DNA of 64,000 bases from Myxococcota bacterium (GTDB lineage Bacteria > Myxococcota_A > UBA9042 > PHBI01 > JAWLBL01). The notes under the pieces are model-generated. The model ran no database searches. It saw only the letters and a list, made by a program, of their open reading frames with translations, and was not told the DNA's origin. Below are positions 1 through 9,248 of this stretch, piece by piece. The stretch covers positions 68,382-132,381 of the forward strand of contig JAWLBL010000005.1 of NCBI GenBank assembly GCA_041687695.1, written 5' to 3'. A program made the translations under genes and the position numbers. Each line of letters begins with the position of its first letter. Position 1 is the stretch's first letter.

Positions 1-999
1 CGACGAACGCTCGAAAAGCGCTACCCGCCCGAGCGGGCGCAGGCGATGGTCGAGGACATGCTGGTCGCGGGGATGCGGCACTTCGGCGATCAATACGTCG
101 CGGTCAACGCCGACCGGCTCGATCGGGTGCTCGCGCTGCGCGCGGCGCTCGAGGATCAGTACCACATCGTGCTGAAGTCCGGGCGAGGCAAGGGACGGAC
201 CATCGGTGTGACGGCGGCTCAGCGCAAGGCGAACCTGATGGACATCGAGCGCTTGTACGCCGAGCTCGATGAGACGTTCGACGCCCTGGGGCGGCCGACC
301 GAGGGACTGGACCTGGCGACCTCCAAGGGCGACCTGGCGAGACGCTTCAAGGCGAGCATCGAGCGGCACCTGCCGGGCCAGCGTCCGCACAGGACTCGCA
401 GCGTCCGACGCGACATGCGGGTCGAAGCTGGCCAGAAGGTTTCGCGCTTCAAGCGGCACGGCTTCAAGCGGGTCGAGCCCGGCGTCTACGCGCTGACGTT
501 CAAAGACGGCACGTCCGTGCGTTACGAGGTCGTCGAGGGCCGCTATCGGCTGCAGACCTTCGACCCAAACGGGCAGCTCGTCCTCGAGTTCGGAGAATAT
601 GACACGCTCGTGTCGCCGTACCGCAACCGCCCCAAGACCTCCAGCATCATGAACGCCCATCACGGCCTGCAGAACGACTTGATGAAGCTCGCCTTCGAGG
701 ACTACGGGTATGACGGCGGCGCGGTGCCCACGATGTGGCTTCGGGATGGCCGGGCGGGGTCGCCGCACGGCATGATCACCGCCATGCAGAACAGCACCCA
801 TGCGGCGCGGACCAAGCTGAAGACTCCGACCTACTCCCAGATTCGCGACTGGGGCATTCAGGACATGCGCACCGCGGGGGTGCCGACCGCAGCCATCCAC
901 GAGTACCTGGCGCACATGGACGCCTATTTCCGGCGCGCCGTAGTGCCCAACCTCGAGCGCTCGGGCGAGCTGCGGCGCCTGGGCACCTGGGAGCCATGA
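1..999 (+). CDS. C-terminal part of a polymorphic toxin with an HNH/EndoVII (Tox-SHH-like) nuclease domain; 5'-truncated by the window edge
   Basis: Frame is open from base 1. The C-terminal ~130 aa read G-E-Y...NAHHGLQ...Y...VPTMWL...SPHGMITAMQ, matching the [SA]HHxxQ...P.i.L...PH pattern of Tox-SHH-type nucleases. The stop overlaps the start of a SUKH immunity gene (ATGA, 996-999). Confidence 0.72.
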   Translation, partial: RRTLEKRYPPERAQAMVEDMLVAGMRHFGDQYVAVNADRLDRVLALRAALEDQYHIVLKSGRGKGRTIGVTAAQRKANLMDIERLYAELDETFDALGRPTEGLDLATSKGDLARRFKASIERHLPGQRPHRTRSVRRDMRVEAGQKVSRFKRHGFKRVEPGVYALTFKDGTSVRYEVVEGRYRLQTFDPNGQLVLEFGEYDTLVSPYRNRPKTSSIMNAHHGLQNDLMKLAFEDYGYDGGAVPTMWLRDGRAGSPHGMITAMQNSTHAARTKLKTPTYSQIRDWGIQDMRTAGVPTAAIHEYLAHMDAYFRRAVVPNLERSGELRRLGTWEP

Positions 1000-1898
1000 T
1001 GTCATTCGACCGCCTCGACAAGCTCCTCGACGCGCTCGACGTCGACGCCGAGCCGGCGCCCAGGCCCAGCGACGACGAGATCGCCCGCGCCCGATCGGCC
1101 GGTCCGGTCCCGATGCCGCCCGAGCTCGAGCACGTCTATCGCCGCGCCTACGAGGTCTATCTGCCCCAGGGCGCGTCCATCTTCGGGCTGTTGGACTATG
1201 TCGACGTCAACCGGCAGCAGCACCTGTTCGAACGGCTGCCCGGGGTCGCGTTCTTCGGGTCGGACGGCAGCGACGGCTTCTTTTTCATCGACGTCGGCGG
1301 CGCGCTCGGCCACAGCCCGGGCGCCGTGTTCTGGGTGTCGCGTGGGAACCTCCAGCCCGACGCCTGTGTGCCGTGCGGGTGGCACCTTGTGGACTTTCTG
1401 GCCAAGGTGGTCGCCGGCGAGGTGCCGTGGGACGGGCCCTCGCTGATGAAGACGTCCGTCCAGCGTATGACGGCAGCGCTCGACGCGCGTCCAGACGGGT
1501 GGGACGCGATGCCCCCGGTGGCGCCCGAGAAGATCGACCAGCACGCATGGGCGACGATGACGCCGATTACGCCGGTGACGGAGAAGCTCTTGTTGCGCGG
1601 CGAGCGGATCCGCTTCGTGGCGAGCGGGGTCGTGATCGGCGGGCTGGAGGCCATCACCCCCGTCGCAGGGACCGCGGACGCAGACGGCATTCCGAGCGCG
1701 GTGTGGGTGGGCTCCGGCCCCGACGGGACGCGCTATGCGGTGACCGCGGGCGGCTGGCGAGACCTGCCGCGCGACCGGCTGATCGCGGTGCCGCCGGGTG
1801 GCACGGCCGAGACCGGGCGCGTCATGGGCCTGTTCTCGGACGTCGTGACGGCCTGGGTCGAGGGGCGCACGCCGCCGGGAGGGACGAGCCGTGGGTGA
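996..1898 (+). CDS. SMI1/KNR4 (SUKH) family immunity protein, two tandem domains (300 aa)
   Basis: ATG at 996 overlaps the toxin stop. N-domain: PSDDEIARA...PMPPELEHVYR...FFGSDGSDGFFFID...VFWV...LVDFL, the typical SUKH pattern. The second half repeats the layout in degenerate form. Confidence 0.75.
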   Translation: MMSFDRLDKLLDALDVDAEPAPRPSDDEIARARSAGPVPMPPELEHVYRRAYEVYLPQGASIFGLLDYVDVNRQQHLFERLPGVAFFGSDGSDGFFFIDVGGALGHSPGAVFWVSRGNLQPDACVPCGWHLVDFLAKVVAGEVPWDGPSLMKTSVQRMTAALDARPDGWDAMPPVAPEKIDQHAWATMTPITPVTEKLLLRGERIRFVASGVVIGGLEAITPVAGTADADGIPSAVWVGSGPDGTRYAVTAGGWRDLPRDRLIAVPPGGTAETGRVMGLFSDVVTAWVEGRTPPGGTSRG

Positions 1899-2433
1899 AA
1901 AGTTCGGTCATCGCCACAGCTATGTGCGTTACGCGAGCACCGAGGGTGGGCTCGACCTGACGGTCCCGTCGGCCGTCCTGTCGGACGGCGGGCTGCTGTT
2001 CATCCCGCTGTACGCGGTCAGCGCGATGACGCTCGGCGAGAGCTACAGCGTCCCGCCCCTCAGGGGCTCGGGCGAGAGCCTGGCCAACGTCAGCGAGGAC
2101 ACTGTCACGCTCAGCGCCCTGCTGGTCGGCGCCGAGCGCTTCGCGTGGAAGTTGGCCCTCGAGATGGCCGCCGAGTCGGCCGTGCGCGGCAGCGCCGTCG
2201 CGAGCTACAGCGGCGGCAAGATCACGGGGCTGTTCCTGGTGACGTCCATGACCATCCGGAGCGACATGTTCATCCGCTCGCTCACCTTCTCGGTGAACAA
2301 CCAGAGGCGCCAGGCGATCGAGGTCTCGATGACCCTCGTCCACCAGCCCAGACCCGGCGCGCTCGCCCCCCTGCTCGATCTCGCCAGCGTCGCCCTGTCG
2401 ACCCTGGCCAGCGGCATCGCCTACGGCGCTTGA
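1891..2433 (+). CDS. Putative tail-tube initiator / Dit-like baseplate protein
   Basis: DTVTLSALL...LFLVTSMTIRSDMFIRSLTFS...AIEVSMTLVH resembles Dit-like phage tail proteins. Located upstream of the hub/spike and baseplate genes. Confidence 0.5.
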   Translation: MGEKFGHRHSYVRYASTEGGLDLTVPSAVLSDGGLLFIPLYAVSAMTLGESYSVPPLRGSGESLANVSEDTVTLSALLVGAERFAWKLALEMAAESAVRGSAVASYSGGKITGLFLVTSMTIRSDMFIRSLTFSVNNQRRQAIEVSMTLVHQPRPGALAPLLDLASVALSTLASGIAYGA

Positions 2434-2441
2434 GGCTCGAT

Positions 2442-3041
2442 TTGGCACCCACTCCCTTCTCCCAGGTCGACCTCTTGGTGGCCCCCTCGCCGATGGCCGC
2501 CGCGCTCGCGGCCACGGGACCGAGCGAGCTCGCCCGCCTACGGCACTCGATCGCGCGCGGCCTGCCCAGCGTCATCCCCCTCGACAACGAGCTGCAGCTC
2601 GTCTTGACGCTGCCCACGGGGCAGGTGCGGCCTTGGCTGGCGCTGAGCGTCGACCAGGTGGTGAGCCGCTCGGCCGAGGAGAGTGCGCCCCACCCCGCGA
2701 GTGCGGCGTCGCCCCCCCAGGAGGTCGTCGCGCGACCGCCGCTGTCGTTGGTCCTGGTTCGGCGCAACCGGCCGGTCGCGGCCGCGCCGCTGGTCCTCGG
2801 TAGCCGACGCCTGCTGCCGAACTCGGGCGGCGCGCCGGCCGTCATCGAGCTGCTGGTGCTGGGGTGGGAGGTGCGCGCTGGCAGCCTGCGAGGGCCCGGG
2901 GACGTCGGGTCATGGATCGAGCTGGCCTGGCGCCGCGTCGATCGGGGGACGTCGACCTTCGCTCCGCCGCCGATCCCCGTTGGGGTCGCCCAGCGCGTGG
3001 CCGCCGCCCTGGCCGCGGAAGGCGCAGGGGACAGCCCGTGA
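2442..3041 (+). CDS. Hypothetical protein in tail operon (baseplate-plug position)
   Basis: TTG start after GAGG at 2432-2435. Its stop overlaps the next GTG (GTGA, 3038-3041). No family recognised; the call is positional only. Confidence 0.45.
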   Translation: MAPTPFSQVDLLVAPSPMAAALAATGPSELARLRHSIARGLPSVIPLDNELQLVLTLPTGQVRPWLALSVDQVVSRSAEESAPHPASAASPPQEVVARPPLSLVLVRRNRPVAAAPLVLGSRRLLPNSGGAPAVIELLVLGWEVRAGSLRGPGDVGSWIELAWRRVDRGTSTFAPPPIPVGVAQRVAAALAAEGAGDSP

Positions 3042-5017
3042 CCGGTGCGCCCGAGACCCGCTACGGCAACGATCCGGGCTGGCACCTTGCGCTGAGCAGG
3101 GGAAGCCAGGATGTCCTCGCGATCGGCTGCGAGCAGTACCACGCCACCATCGAGGCCAGCCTGCCGCACGGGCTCGCCGGCGGCAGCTACGTGTTCACCA
3201 TCGAGGGACTCACGAACGAGGACTACCAGCTCCTCGCCGGCGCCTTCGAGCCGACCGAAGTGCTCGAGGCCCGCCTGTACCTGTACTGGCGCGACGTGAA
3301 CTCGGGCGTCTTGGGTTACCTGGCCAACATCGGCGGCTTTTCGGGTGCGAGCCCTTCCCTGACCGGCGAGGCGGCCGACGACCACCTGGTGGCGGTGCTG
3401 GCGGTGACCGAGGTGACGCGGGTCGCCAAGCCGCTGCGCTACGACGCCGTCGTGCGGGCGAGAGAGCTCGTCTACCATCGGCTGGCGACCCACCGGACGG
3501 CCGAGGGGATCGCCGCCGACTCGCCCCTGGAGGCCGCCAAGGAGCTGGCGATCGCGGCCGGGCTCTCCATCGACCAGGTCGAGGTTTTTCCACCCGAGGG
3601 CGGGGACCCCGACGCGGGCCAGACCCACGGGGAGCGGGAGCAGTTGCCGGTCAGACAGTCCACCGTGCAGGTGCTCCATCGCCTCGGAGAGCGCATGGCG
3701 GCCCAATATGCCCGCTGGGGCCGGGGGATGTACCGGATTCGGCGCGGCATTTTGGAGATGGGGCCGAGGCGACCCATCCCGACGATGGACTTCGAGGTCA
3801 CGGACCTGTCGGCGACCGACGGCGTGCTGAACGTGGCGGCGCGAGGGTGGGTCGCGCGGGACCCGTCCCGCACCGACGCGGTCGAGGCCGGGCAGGAGGG
3901 CGCGGCGCGGCGCAGGTGGGAGCTGACGCTGCGTGGCCACCCGGGGTTGGGGCCGGGAGACGTGGTCTCGTTCGTCCCGCCGCTGGGCGAGCAGCCGCCT
4001 GGCTCGCCGCCCTGGTACGCGCCCGGCGTGCTGGGGTTGCTGGCCCCGGGCCAGAGCGCCGAGCAGCCGGCAGCCATCCTGGGGTACGTCGAGGGCGTGA
4101 CCCACAGCGTCGGGCGCGGGCGCCCGTTCGTGACGCGGCTCGCTTGCGTCGAGGTCACACGCGACGACGTGTGGGACGAGCGCGGCCAGGCGCACGCGGA
4201 CGACCCGGAGCAGGAAGACGCCGTCGAAGGCAGCCCCACGGTCGTCGGCGAGCTGGCGCGCGCGGTGCGGCGCTCGGGCGCGGAGACCTTCGCCAGCCGC
4301 CATCAGGCCGAGATTGGCGAGGTGCGCGCGACCCACGGCGCCGGTGGCGAGGGGGTGCCAGGCCAGACGTCCGACTATCTGCGTGGCGTGCAAACCGACG
4401 GGGGACCCAGGCAGGCGCGGCGGGCGAAGGTCGAGCGCGTGGTGCCCGACCGACAGGACCGGGTCCCGTACGTGACCCCGTTCGCGCTGGGCCCCTTCGG
4501 GCTGGTCCTACCCCGATACCCGGGCACGCGCACGCTGCTCGTGCACCGGCAGGGGCTCGCCGAGGATCCGATCGACATCGGCGCGCTGTGGCCCACCGAG
4601 GGCAGCGACCAAGCCGGGCCCAATACGGCCAAGCCGGGGGATTGGTGGCTATCGCTGCCGGCCAAACCCGAGCCCGTCGCGGAGCTCGAGCCGCGAGACG
4701 ACGCCGACGCGGTGCAGCTCGAGTTCGAGTTCGCCAGCAACGACCTCATCGACGCGCAGGGCCGGCGATACATCGATACGGCCGAGCTGGTCATTCGCGT
4801 TGGGACCGAGAACCTCGCTCGGCCCGGCGAGCGTCCGACCGCTGAACCCGGCGTCGCGGTGCTGATCGAGCACATCGACAAGAGCTCCCGAATCGAGATG
4901 AGGACCGATGGCACCATCGCCATAGAGGCGGCGAGCGACCTCATCCTTCAGGCCGGAGGCCACGTGAAGGTCAAGGTGGGCAAGGGCAAGACGTTCGACG
5001 TGGAGGAGAGCGCGTGA
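3038..5017 (+). CDS. VgrG-like fused baseplate hub (gpD/gp27-like) and spike (gp5/gpV OB-fold + beta-repeat) protein
   Basis: Hub-like WELTLRGHPGLGPGDVV...YVEGVTHS; OB-fold-like VPYVTPFALGPFGLVLPRYPGTRTLL...IGALW; C-terminal beta-repeat SRIEMRTDGTIAIEAASDLILQAGGHVKV. Confidence 0.7.
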   Translation: MTGAPETRYGNDPGWHLALSRGSQDVLAIGCEQYHATIEASLPHGLAGGSYVFTIEGLTNEDYQLLAGAFEPTEVLEARLYLYWRDVNSGVLGYLANIGGFSGASPSLTGEAADDHLVAVLAVTEVTRVAKPLRYDAVVRARELVYHRLATHRTAEGIAADSPLEAAKELAIAAGLSIDQVEVFPPEGGDPDAGQTHGEREQLPVRQSTVQVLHRLGERMAAQYARWGRGMYRIRRGILEMGPRRPIPTMDFEVTDLSATDGVLNVAARGWVARDPSRTDAVEAGQEGAARRRWELTLRGHPGLGPGDVVSFVPPLGEQPPGSPPWYAPGVLGLLAPGQSAEQPAAILGYVEGVTHSVGRGRPFVTRLACVEVTRDDVWDERGQAHADDPEQEDAVEGSPTVVGELARAVRRSGAETFASRHQAEIGEVRATHGAGGEGVPGQTSDYLRGVQTDGGPRQARRAKVERVVPDRQDRVPYVTPFALGPFGLVLPRYPGTRTLLVHRQGLAEDPIDIGALWPTEGSDQAGPNTAKPGDWWLSLPAKPEPVAELEPRDDADAVQLEFEFASNDLIDAQGRRYIDTAELVIRVGTENLARPGERPTAEPGVAVLIEHIDKSSRIEMRTDGTIAIEAASDLILQAGGHVKVKVGKGKTFDVEESA

Positions 5018-5466
5018 TGACCAACGACGACACCGATCGCAGGCGGCGCTTGCTCGGCTGGGGCGTGGCCTCGGCCGAGATCGCGCCCGGCGCGGCCCTG
5101 GCCCGGGACGTCGTCCTGGTCGCCGGGCCCGGCGGTCTGGACTTCGCCCGGGTCGAGGGGCTCGACGCGCTGGCCCAGGACCTGACGGTGGCGATGACGA
5201 CGGCGCGCGGGTCGGACCCGTTCAACACGACCTTCGGCTTCGACGGGCTGAACGCGCTGACGGACGACACGCCGCCGGGCCTGGTGGGCGAGCGCCTCCG
5301 CTTGGCCGTCATGGCGTTGCTGCAGCGCGACGCGCGCGTGCGGCGCATCCTGGACGTGACGGTGGGCCGCTCGCGAGGGCGGACGCTCGACGTCACGGTC
5401 CGCTTCGAGGCGCTCGGTGGAGATCAGGTCGAGATCGGCCTGGGGACGGTGGGGATCGATGGCTGA
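5014..5466 (+). CDS. gp25/GPW-like baseplate wedge (sheath initiator) protein
   Basis: VEGLDALAQDLTVAMTTARGSDPFNTTFGFD...LLQRDARVRRILDV is the gp25/DUF2634 pattern. 150 aa, between the spike and J genes. Confidence 0.8.
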   Translation: MMTNDDTDRRRRLLGWGVASAEIAPGAALARDVVLVAGPGGLDFARVEGLDALAQDLTVAMTTARGSDPFNTTFGFDGLNALTDDTPPGLVGERLRLAVMALLQRDARVRRILDVTVGRSRGRTLDVTVRFEALGGDQVEIGLGTVGIDG

Positions 5467-6916
5467 CACGACGACGACGATCGATCTGGCGGAGATTCTG
5501 GCGGTCGACCGCGAGCAGGCCCGCAAGACGGGCGCGGACCGCTTCGGGGTGACCGAGGGTGGCTTCGCCGCCAAGCCCTTCGGGCAGCTGCTGGCCGAGA
5601 AGGTCGCGCTGGCCCAGGAGGTCTTCGGGGCCGACCTGGACCTGACGGCGGGCTCGGTCATCCGAAAGATCCTCGAGTTGACGGCCCTCGAGGACGCGCG
5701 CACCTGGGCCGCCCTGTCGAGCATGTATGACAGCCAGTTCGTCGCGACGGCCACGGGCGACGCGCTGAGCCGGCTGGGCGAGGAGCTGGGCTTTTCGCGG
5801 CCGTTTCAGCGGGCGGGCGGGCGGATCGAGCTGACCCTGGTCGGGCCCCTGGCGGACCCGCAAGGATCGGTGCGCATCCCGCGCGGCGCAAGGCTGCTCA
5901 CGGCGGGCGGGCACCACGTCGCGACCGAAGAGAGCGTGGTACTGTCGGCGGCGCGCAAGCAGGCCCGCGTCGGGGTGAAGGCCTTCTACCCGGGGCCCGA
6001 ACACAACCTGGACCCCAGCCAGCCGGGCCAGGCCATCGTACGCTGGAACGAACTCGACCAAGCGCTGTCGGGGCTGCTCGCCGCCAGGGACGCCGCCTCC
6101 GCGGCCTCGGGCCAGGCGATGGAGCTCGAGCAGGTGGTCAGCGTCAAGCACACGACGGCCCTGACCGGCGGCGAGCAGCTGTGGCCCGACGTGCGCTACC
6201 GCGAGCTGCTGTTGCGGGCGCCGCGGTCGGTGTGGACGGTCGAGGCCATCGAGATCGCGCTGTCGCGGGTGCCCGGCGTGCGGCAGGTGCAGGTGCGCGA
6301 TGCCTGGGGTGGGCTCGACCTGTACCAGTCGCTGTTCGGCAACTTCAACTTCATCGAGCGGCTGTTCGGGGCCGAGCGCGACGTCGGCTCGCCCTACTAC
6401 TTCACAGTGCTGATCGCGCCGACGCCCGAGGCGATCTGGGGCGGGCCGGACGGGCTGCGGGCGGCGGTCGAGGCCGCCATGGAGGACCTGCGACCCGTCG
6501 GCATCTTCCCCCAGGTGGTGCAGGCCGAGGAGGTCGGCATCGGCGTGGCGGCCGAGCTGGTGGTCAGGGGGCTGCCGCTGCCGTCGGGCAGCCGCGCCGT
6601 GGTCAACGGGTCGCAGGCGGCGGGGGCGCTGAAGGCGCGCCTGCTCGAGCGGGTGCGGCGCTACGTGGACGGGCTGCGTTTCGGCGAGCCGGTGCGGGCC
6701 TCGGAGGTGACCTGGGCGCTGATGAACGAGCCGGGCATCGCGGACGCCACGGGCCTCGAGCTGGTGCGCTACCCGCCCGCTTTCGACGCGCTGGATTTGG
6801 GGGCGGCGGTGCCGTCCGGGCAGCTCGAGCGTCTGGGATGCGGCAAGAACGCAAACCTGCAGGGCAATCAGATCGCCGTGCTGATCGACGACCCCGAGCT
6901 GCTGGTGATCACGTGA
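5459..6916 (+). CDS. Baseplate J/gp47-like protein
   Basis: FGVTEGGFAAK...DLTAGSVI...SQFVATATGDALSRLGEELGFSR...IPRG...TGGE...YRELLL...TVEAIEIALSRVPGVRQVQV...YVDGLRFGEPV; ATG at 5459. Confidence 0.85.
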   Translation: MADTTTTIDLAEILAVDREQARKTGADRFGVTEGGFAAKPFGQLLAEKVALAQEVFGADLDLTAGSVIRKILELTALEDARTWAALSSMYDSQFVATATGDALSRLGEELGFSRPFQRAGGRIELTLVGPLADPQGSVRIPRGARLLTAGGHHVATEESVVLSAARKQARVGVKAFYPGPEHNLDPSQPGQAIVRWNELDQALSGLLAARDAASAASGQAMELEQVVSVKHTTALTGGEQLWPDVRYRELLLRAPRSVWTVEAIEIALSRVPGVRQVQVRDAWGGLDLYQSLFGNFNFIERLFGAERDVGSPYYFTVLIAPTPEAIWGGPDGLRAAVEAAMEDLRPVGIFPQVVQAEEVGIGVAAELVVRGLPLPSGSRAVVNGSQAAGALKARLLERVRRYVDGLRFGEPVRASEVTWALMNEPGIADATGLELVRYPPAFDALDLGAAVPSGQLERLGCGKNANLQGNQIAVLIDDPELLVIT

Positions 6917-9237
6917 GCGACGCGACCGGAGCGCTGGACGCCGACGGGCTGCGGGCGGCCTCACACCTGAACATGCGACGGCACCTGGCCACGCCGCTGG
7001 CCGCTGGCGCCGTGGACGAGGAGGTGGCGGTGGACGCCGCCGGCCGGGCGCGTGTCACCTGGAGTCCGCGCGAGCCGCTGCTCCTGCTCGGCCTGCGCCT
7101 GGATCTGGGGGACGAGACGCTGCGGGTCGAGGCGACGCTCGATCCGGACGGCGACCCGCGACCGCTGACGCCGCTTCGCTTCGACGCCTACTCGGAGCGC
7201 GGCTCGTTTCTGCCGCTGCACACCCCCGAGGTCGACGGCGGCACGGGGCGAGCGGCGCCGTTCGAGGTGACGCTGACCGTCCACGGGCCGGATGGCGTGG
7301 CCCTGAGCGCGGCCGAGGTGGCCGAGACCGTCGAGGTGCGCCTGGTCGAAGGACAGATGGGGCGGCTGCTGTACGTCCTGGGGGCCGAGAAGCAGCGCAT
7401 CCGGCGGGTCGCGCGCGAGATCGCCGCCATGCGCCGCGTCGAGACGGCGCGCGACGAGGCGCTCGATCGGATTGGGCGCGAGCTGGGCGTCGGCCGCTTC
7501 GCCGAGCGGCTGACGTGGCGGCCCGCGGGCGAGGGCGTCAGCGGCGAGCTGGTCACCGAGACGGCCCGCGAGGACGACGCCGCGTATCGGCGACGGCTGG
7601 CGCTCTACAGGCCGCTGCTGATGCCGACCCGAGCCAACGCGCTGAGGCTGCTCAACGGCGACGGCGCGGCGCCGGGGCCGCTGCAGCGCATGGGGCTGGC
7701 GCACGCGGTGGGGCTGGCCGAGGCGGACCACCCCTTCGCGCTGGCCGTGCACCTGGTGGGGGCGGCGCCGGGCGGAGCGGCGGCCAAGGCGTTCCGCACG
7801 CGGTTCCTTGCCCACCTGCGGGACACGCGGCTGGTCGATCCGACGGTGGCCGTCCCCGAGCACCGGCGGCTGCCATCGACGCAGCGGGCACGCGAGGATG
7901 CCCTGCGCGAGCGGCTCCGGGCCGGGCTGACCTTCGAGAGCGCCAGCCGGGCCATGGCCCCGGCGTTGGCGGCCGCGCTGGACCGCGTCGTCGCCTGTCG
8001 CGCCGCCCTCGGCCTGGCCGACCCGCTGCAGGTCCGGCGCGCCCAGCGCGACGACGGCGGCAGCCGCTACCAGCTGGGGCTGGGGGTCGACCTGAGGCGA
8101 CCGCAGCCTGCGAAGCTCGCGGCGATGGCGCAGCGCGCGCTCGCCGGGCAGCTGGAGGCGGCGACCCCGCCCGAGGTGCGCGCGCTCGTCGCGTCGATGA
8201 AGCCCGCGCCGGCCGACGAGGACCCGGTGGGGCGCTGGCTACTCGAGCCCTGCGGGCTGCGCACGGTGCACCGGCTGGACGGCGCCTGGACCTATGCCTC
8301 GCACCTGTACTCGGCCGGGCTGCGCATCTCCGGACCCGACGCGGCCAAGCCGGACGAGCCGCTGGAGCTGCACGCGCACTGGGCCGCCGACGGGGACTCC
8401 GAGCACAACGTGGTCCTGGCCAGCGCCCTGGCGGGCGCGGTCGACGGTTGGACGGACGAGCCCTGGACCGTGCTGGTCGGCGCCGCCGAGCGGGCCGCCT
8501 GGTCGGCGACGATCGCGGCCGACGCGCCGACGACGACCGCCTTCCGCGCCGCCGGGCTGCCGGTGGTCTCCGACGTGCCGCGCCTGCGCGCCGCCTTGGA
8601 GCGCTTCCCGGGCGAGCTGGTCGCGACGATTCAGCTCGGGCCCGCCCTGGCGAGCGCGCTCCACGCGGGAGCGCTCGACGCGGCCGAGACCTTGGAAGGG
8701 TTGGCGGCGCGCCTGACGGCCGGCGGGGTCGCCTCGCTGGTGCCCCTGACCACCGCCGACGGGCGCGCCCTGGTCGTGCTCGGGGCCGTGGCGCTCCCGC
8801 AGGTCGGGACCAACCGGGCCAGCCGGCGCGCCGCGGGGTTCCGCTGGTATCAGGTGCCGCTGCACGGCCCGGGCGGCCAGGTCCGCGAGGTCGGCAGCCG
8901 CACGGTCTTCACCGCGGCGGGCCCCGGTCTGACCGCCCTGGTGGCGGTGGGCTACGCGCGGGTGGGCGGCACCGATCCCTACGAGATCCGCCCCGAGCTG
9001 CCCCCCGGGGCCACCCTGGATCTGGCGCAGTACGAGTACCTGATGAACGCGCTCGATCACCTGCACCCGATGGGGGTCGAGGTGAACACCTGGACGCTGC
9101 GGCAGGCGCACGTCGACCTCACCGGCGACGGGGTGGCGACGCCGCTGCCGCCCGACGTGGCTCGCACCTATCGCCCGTTTCGACGGCCTCGCCACGTCGG
9201 CGACCCGTCGGTCCCGCTCGAGCCCGACCCCAGCTGA
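6913..9237 (+). CDS. Large baseplate wedge/tail protein I-like protein (774 aa)
   Basis: VETARDEALDRIGRELGVGR...EDDAAYRRRL and C-terminal LDHLHPMGVEV are gpI/DUF2612-like motifs. GTGA-coupled to the J gene. Confidence 0.6.
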   Translation: MSDATGALDADGLRAASHLNMRRHLATPLAAGAVDEEVAVDAAGRARVTWSPREPLLLLGLRLDLGDETLRVEATLDPDGDPRPLTPLRFDAYSERGSFLPLHTPEVDGGTGRAAPFEVTLTVHGPDGVALSAAEVAETVEVRLVEGQMGRLLYVLGAEKQRIRRVAREIAAMRRVETARDEALDRIGRELGVGRFAERLTWRPAGEGVSGELVTETAREDDAAYRRRLALYRPLLMPTRANALRLLNGDGAAPGPLQRMGLAHAVGLAEADHPFALAVHLVGAAPGGAAAKAFRTRFLAHLRDTRLVDPTVAVPEHRRLPSTQRAREDALRERLRAGLTFESASRAMAPALAAALDRVVACRAALGLADPLQVRRAQRDDGGSRYQLGLGVDLRRPQPAKLAAMAQRALAGQLEAATPPEVRALVASMKPAPADEDPVGRWLLEPCGLRTVHRLDGAWTYASHLYSAGLRISGPDAAKPDEPLELHAHWAADGDSEHNVVLASALAGAVDGWTDEPWTVLVGAAERAAWSATIAADAPTTTAFRAAGLPVVSDVPRLRAALERFPGELVATIQLGPALASALHAGALDAAETLEGLAARLTAGGVASLVPLTTADGRALVVLGAVALPQVGTNRASRRAAGFRWYQVPLHGPGGQVREVGSRTVFTAAGPGLTALVAVGYARVGGTDPYEIRPELPPGATLDLAQYEYLMNALDHLHPMGVEVNTWTLRQAHVDLTGDGVATPLPPDVARTYRPFRRPRHVGDPSVPLEPDPS

Positions 9238-9248
9238 GAGAGGCCCCG

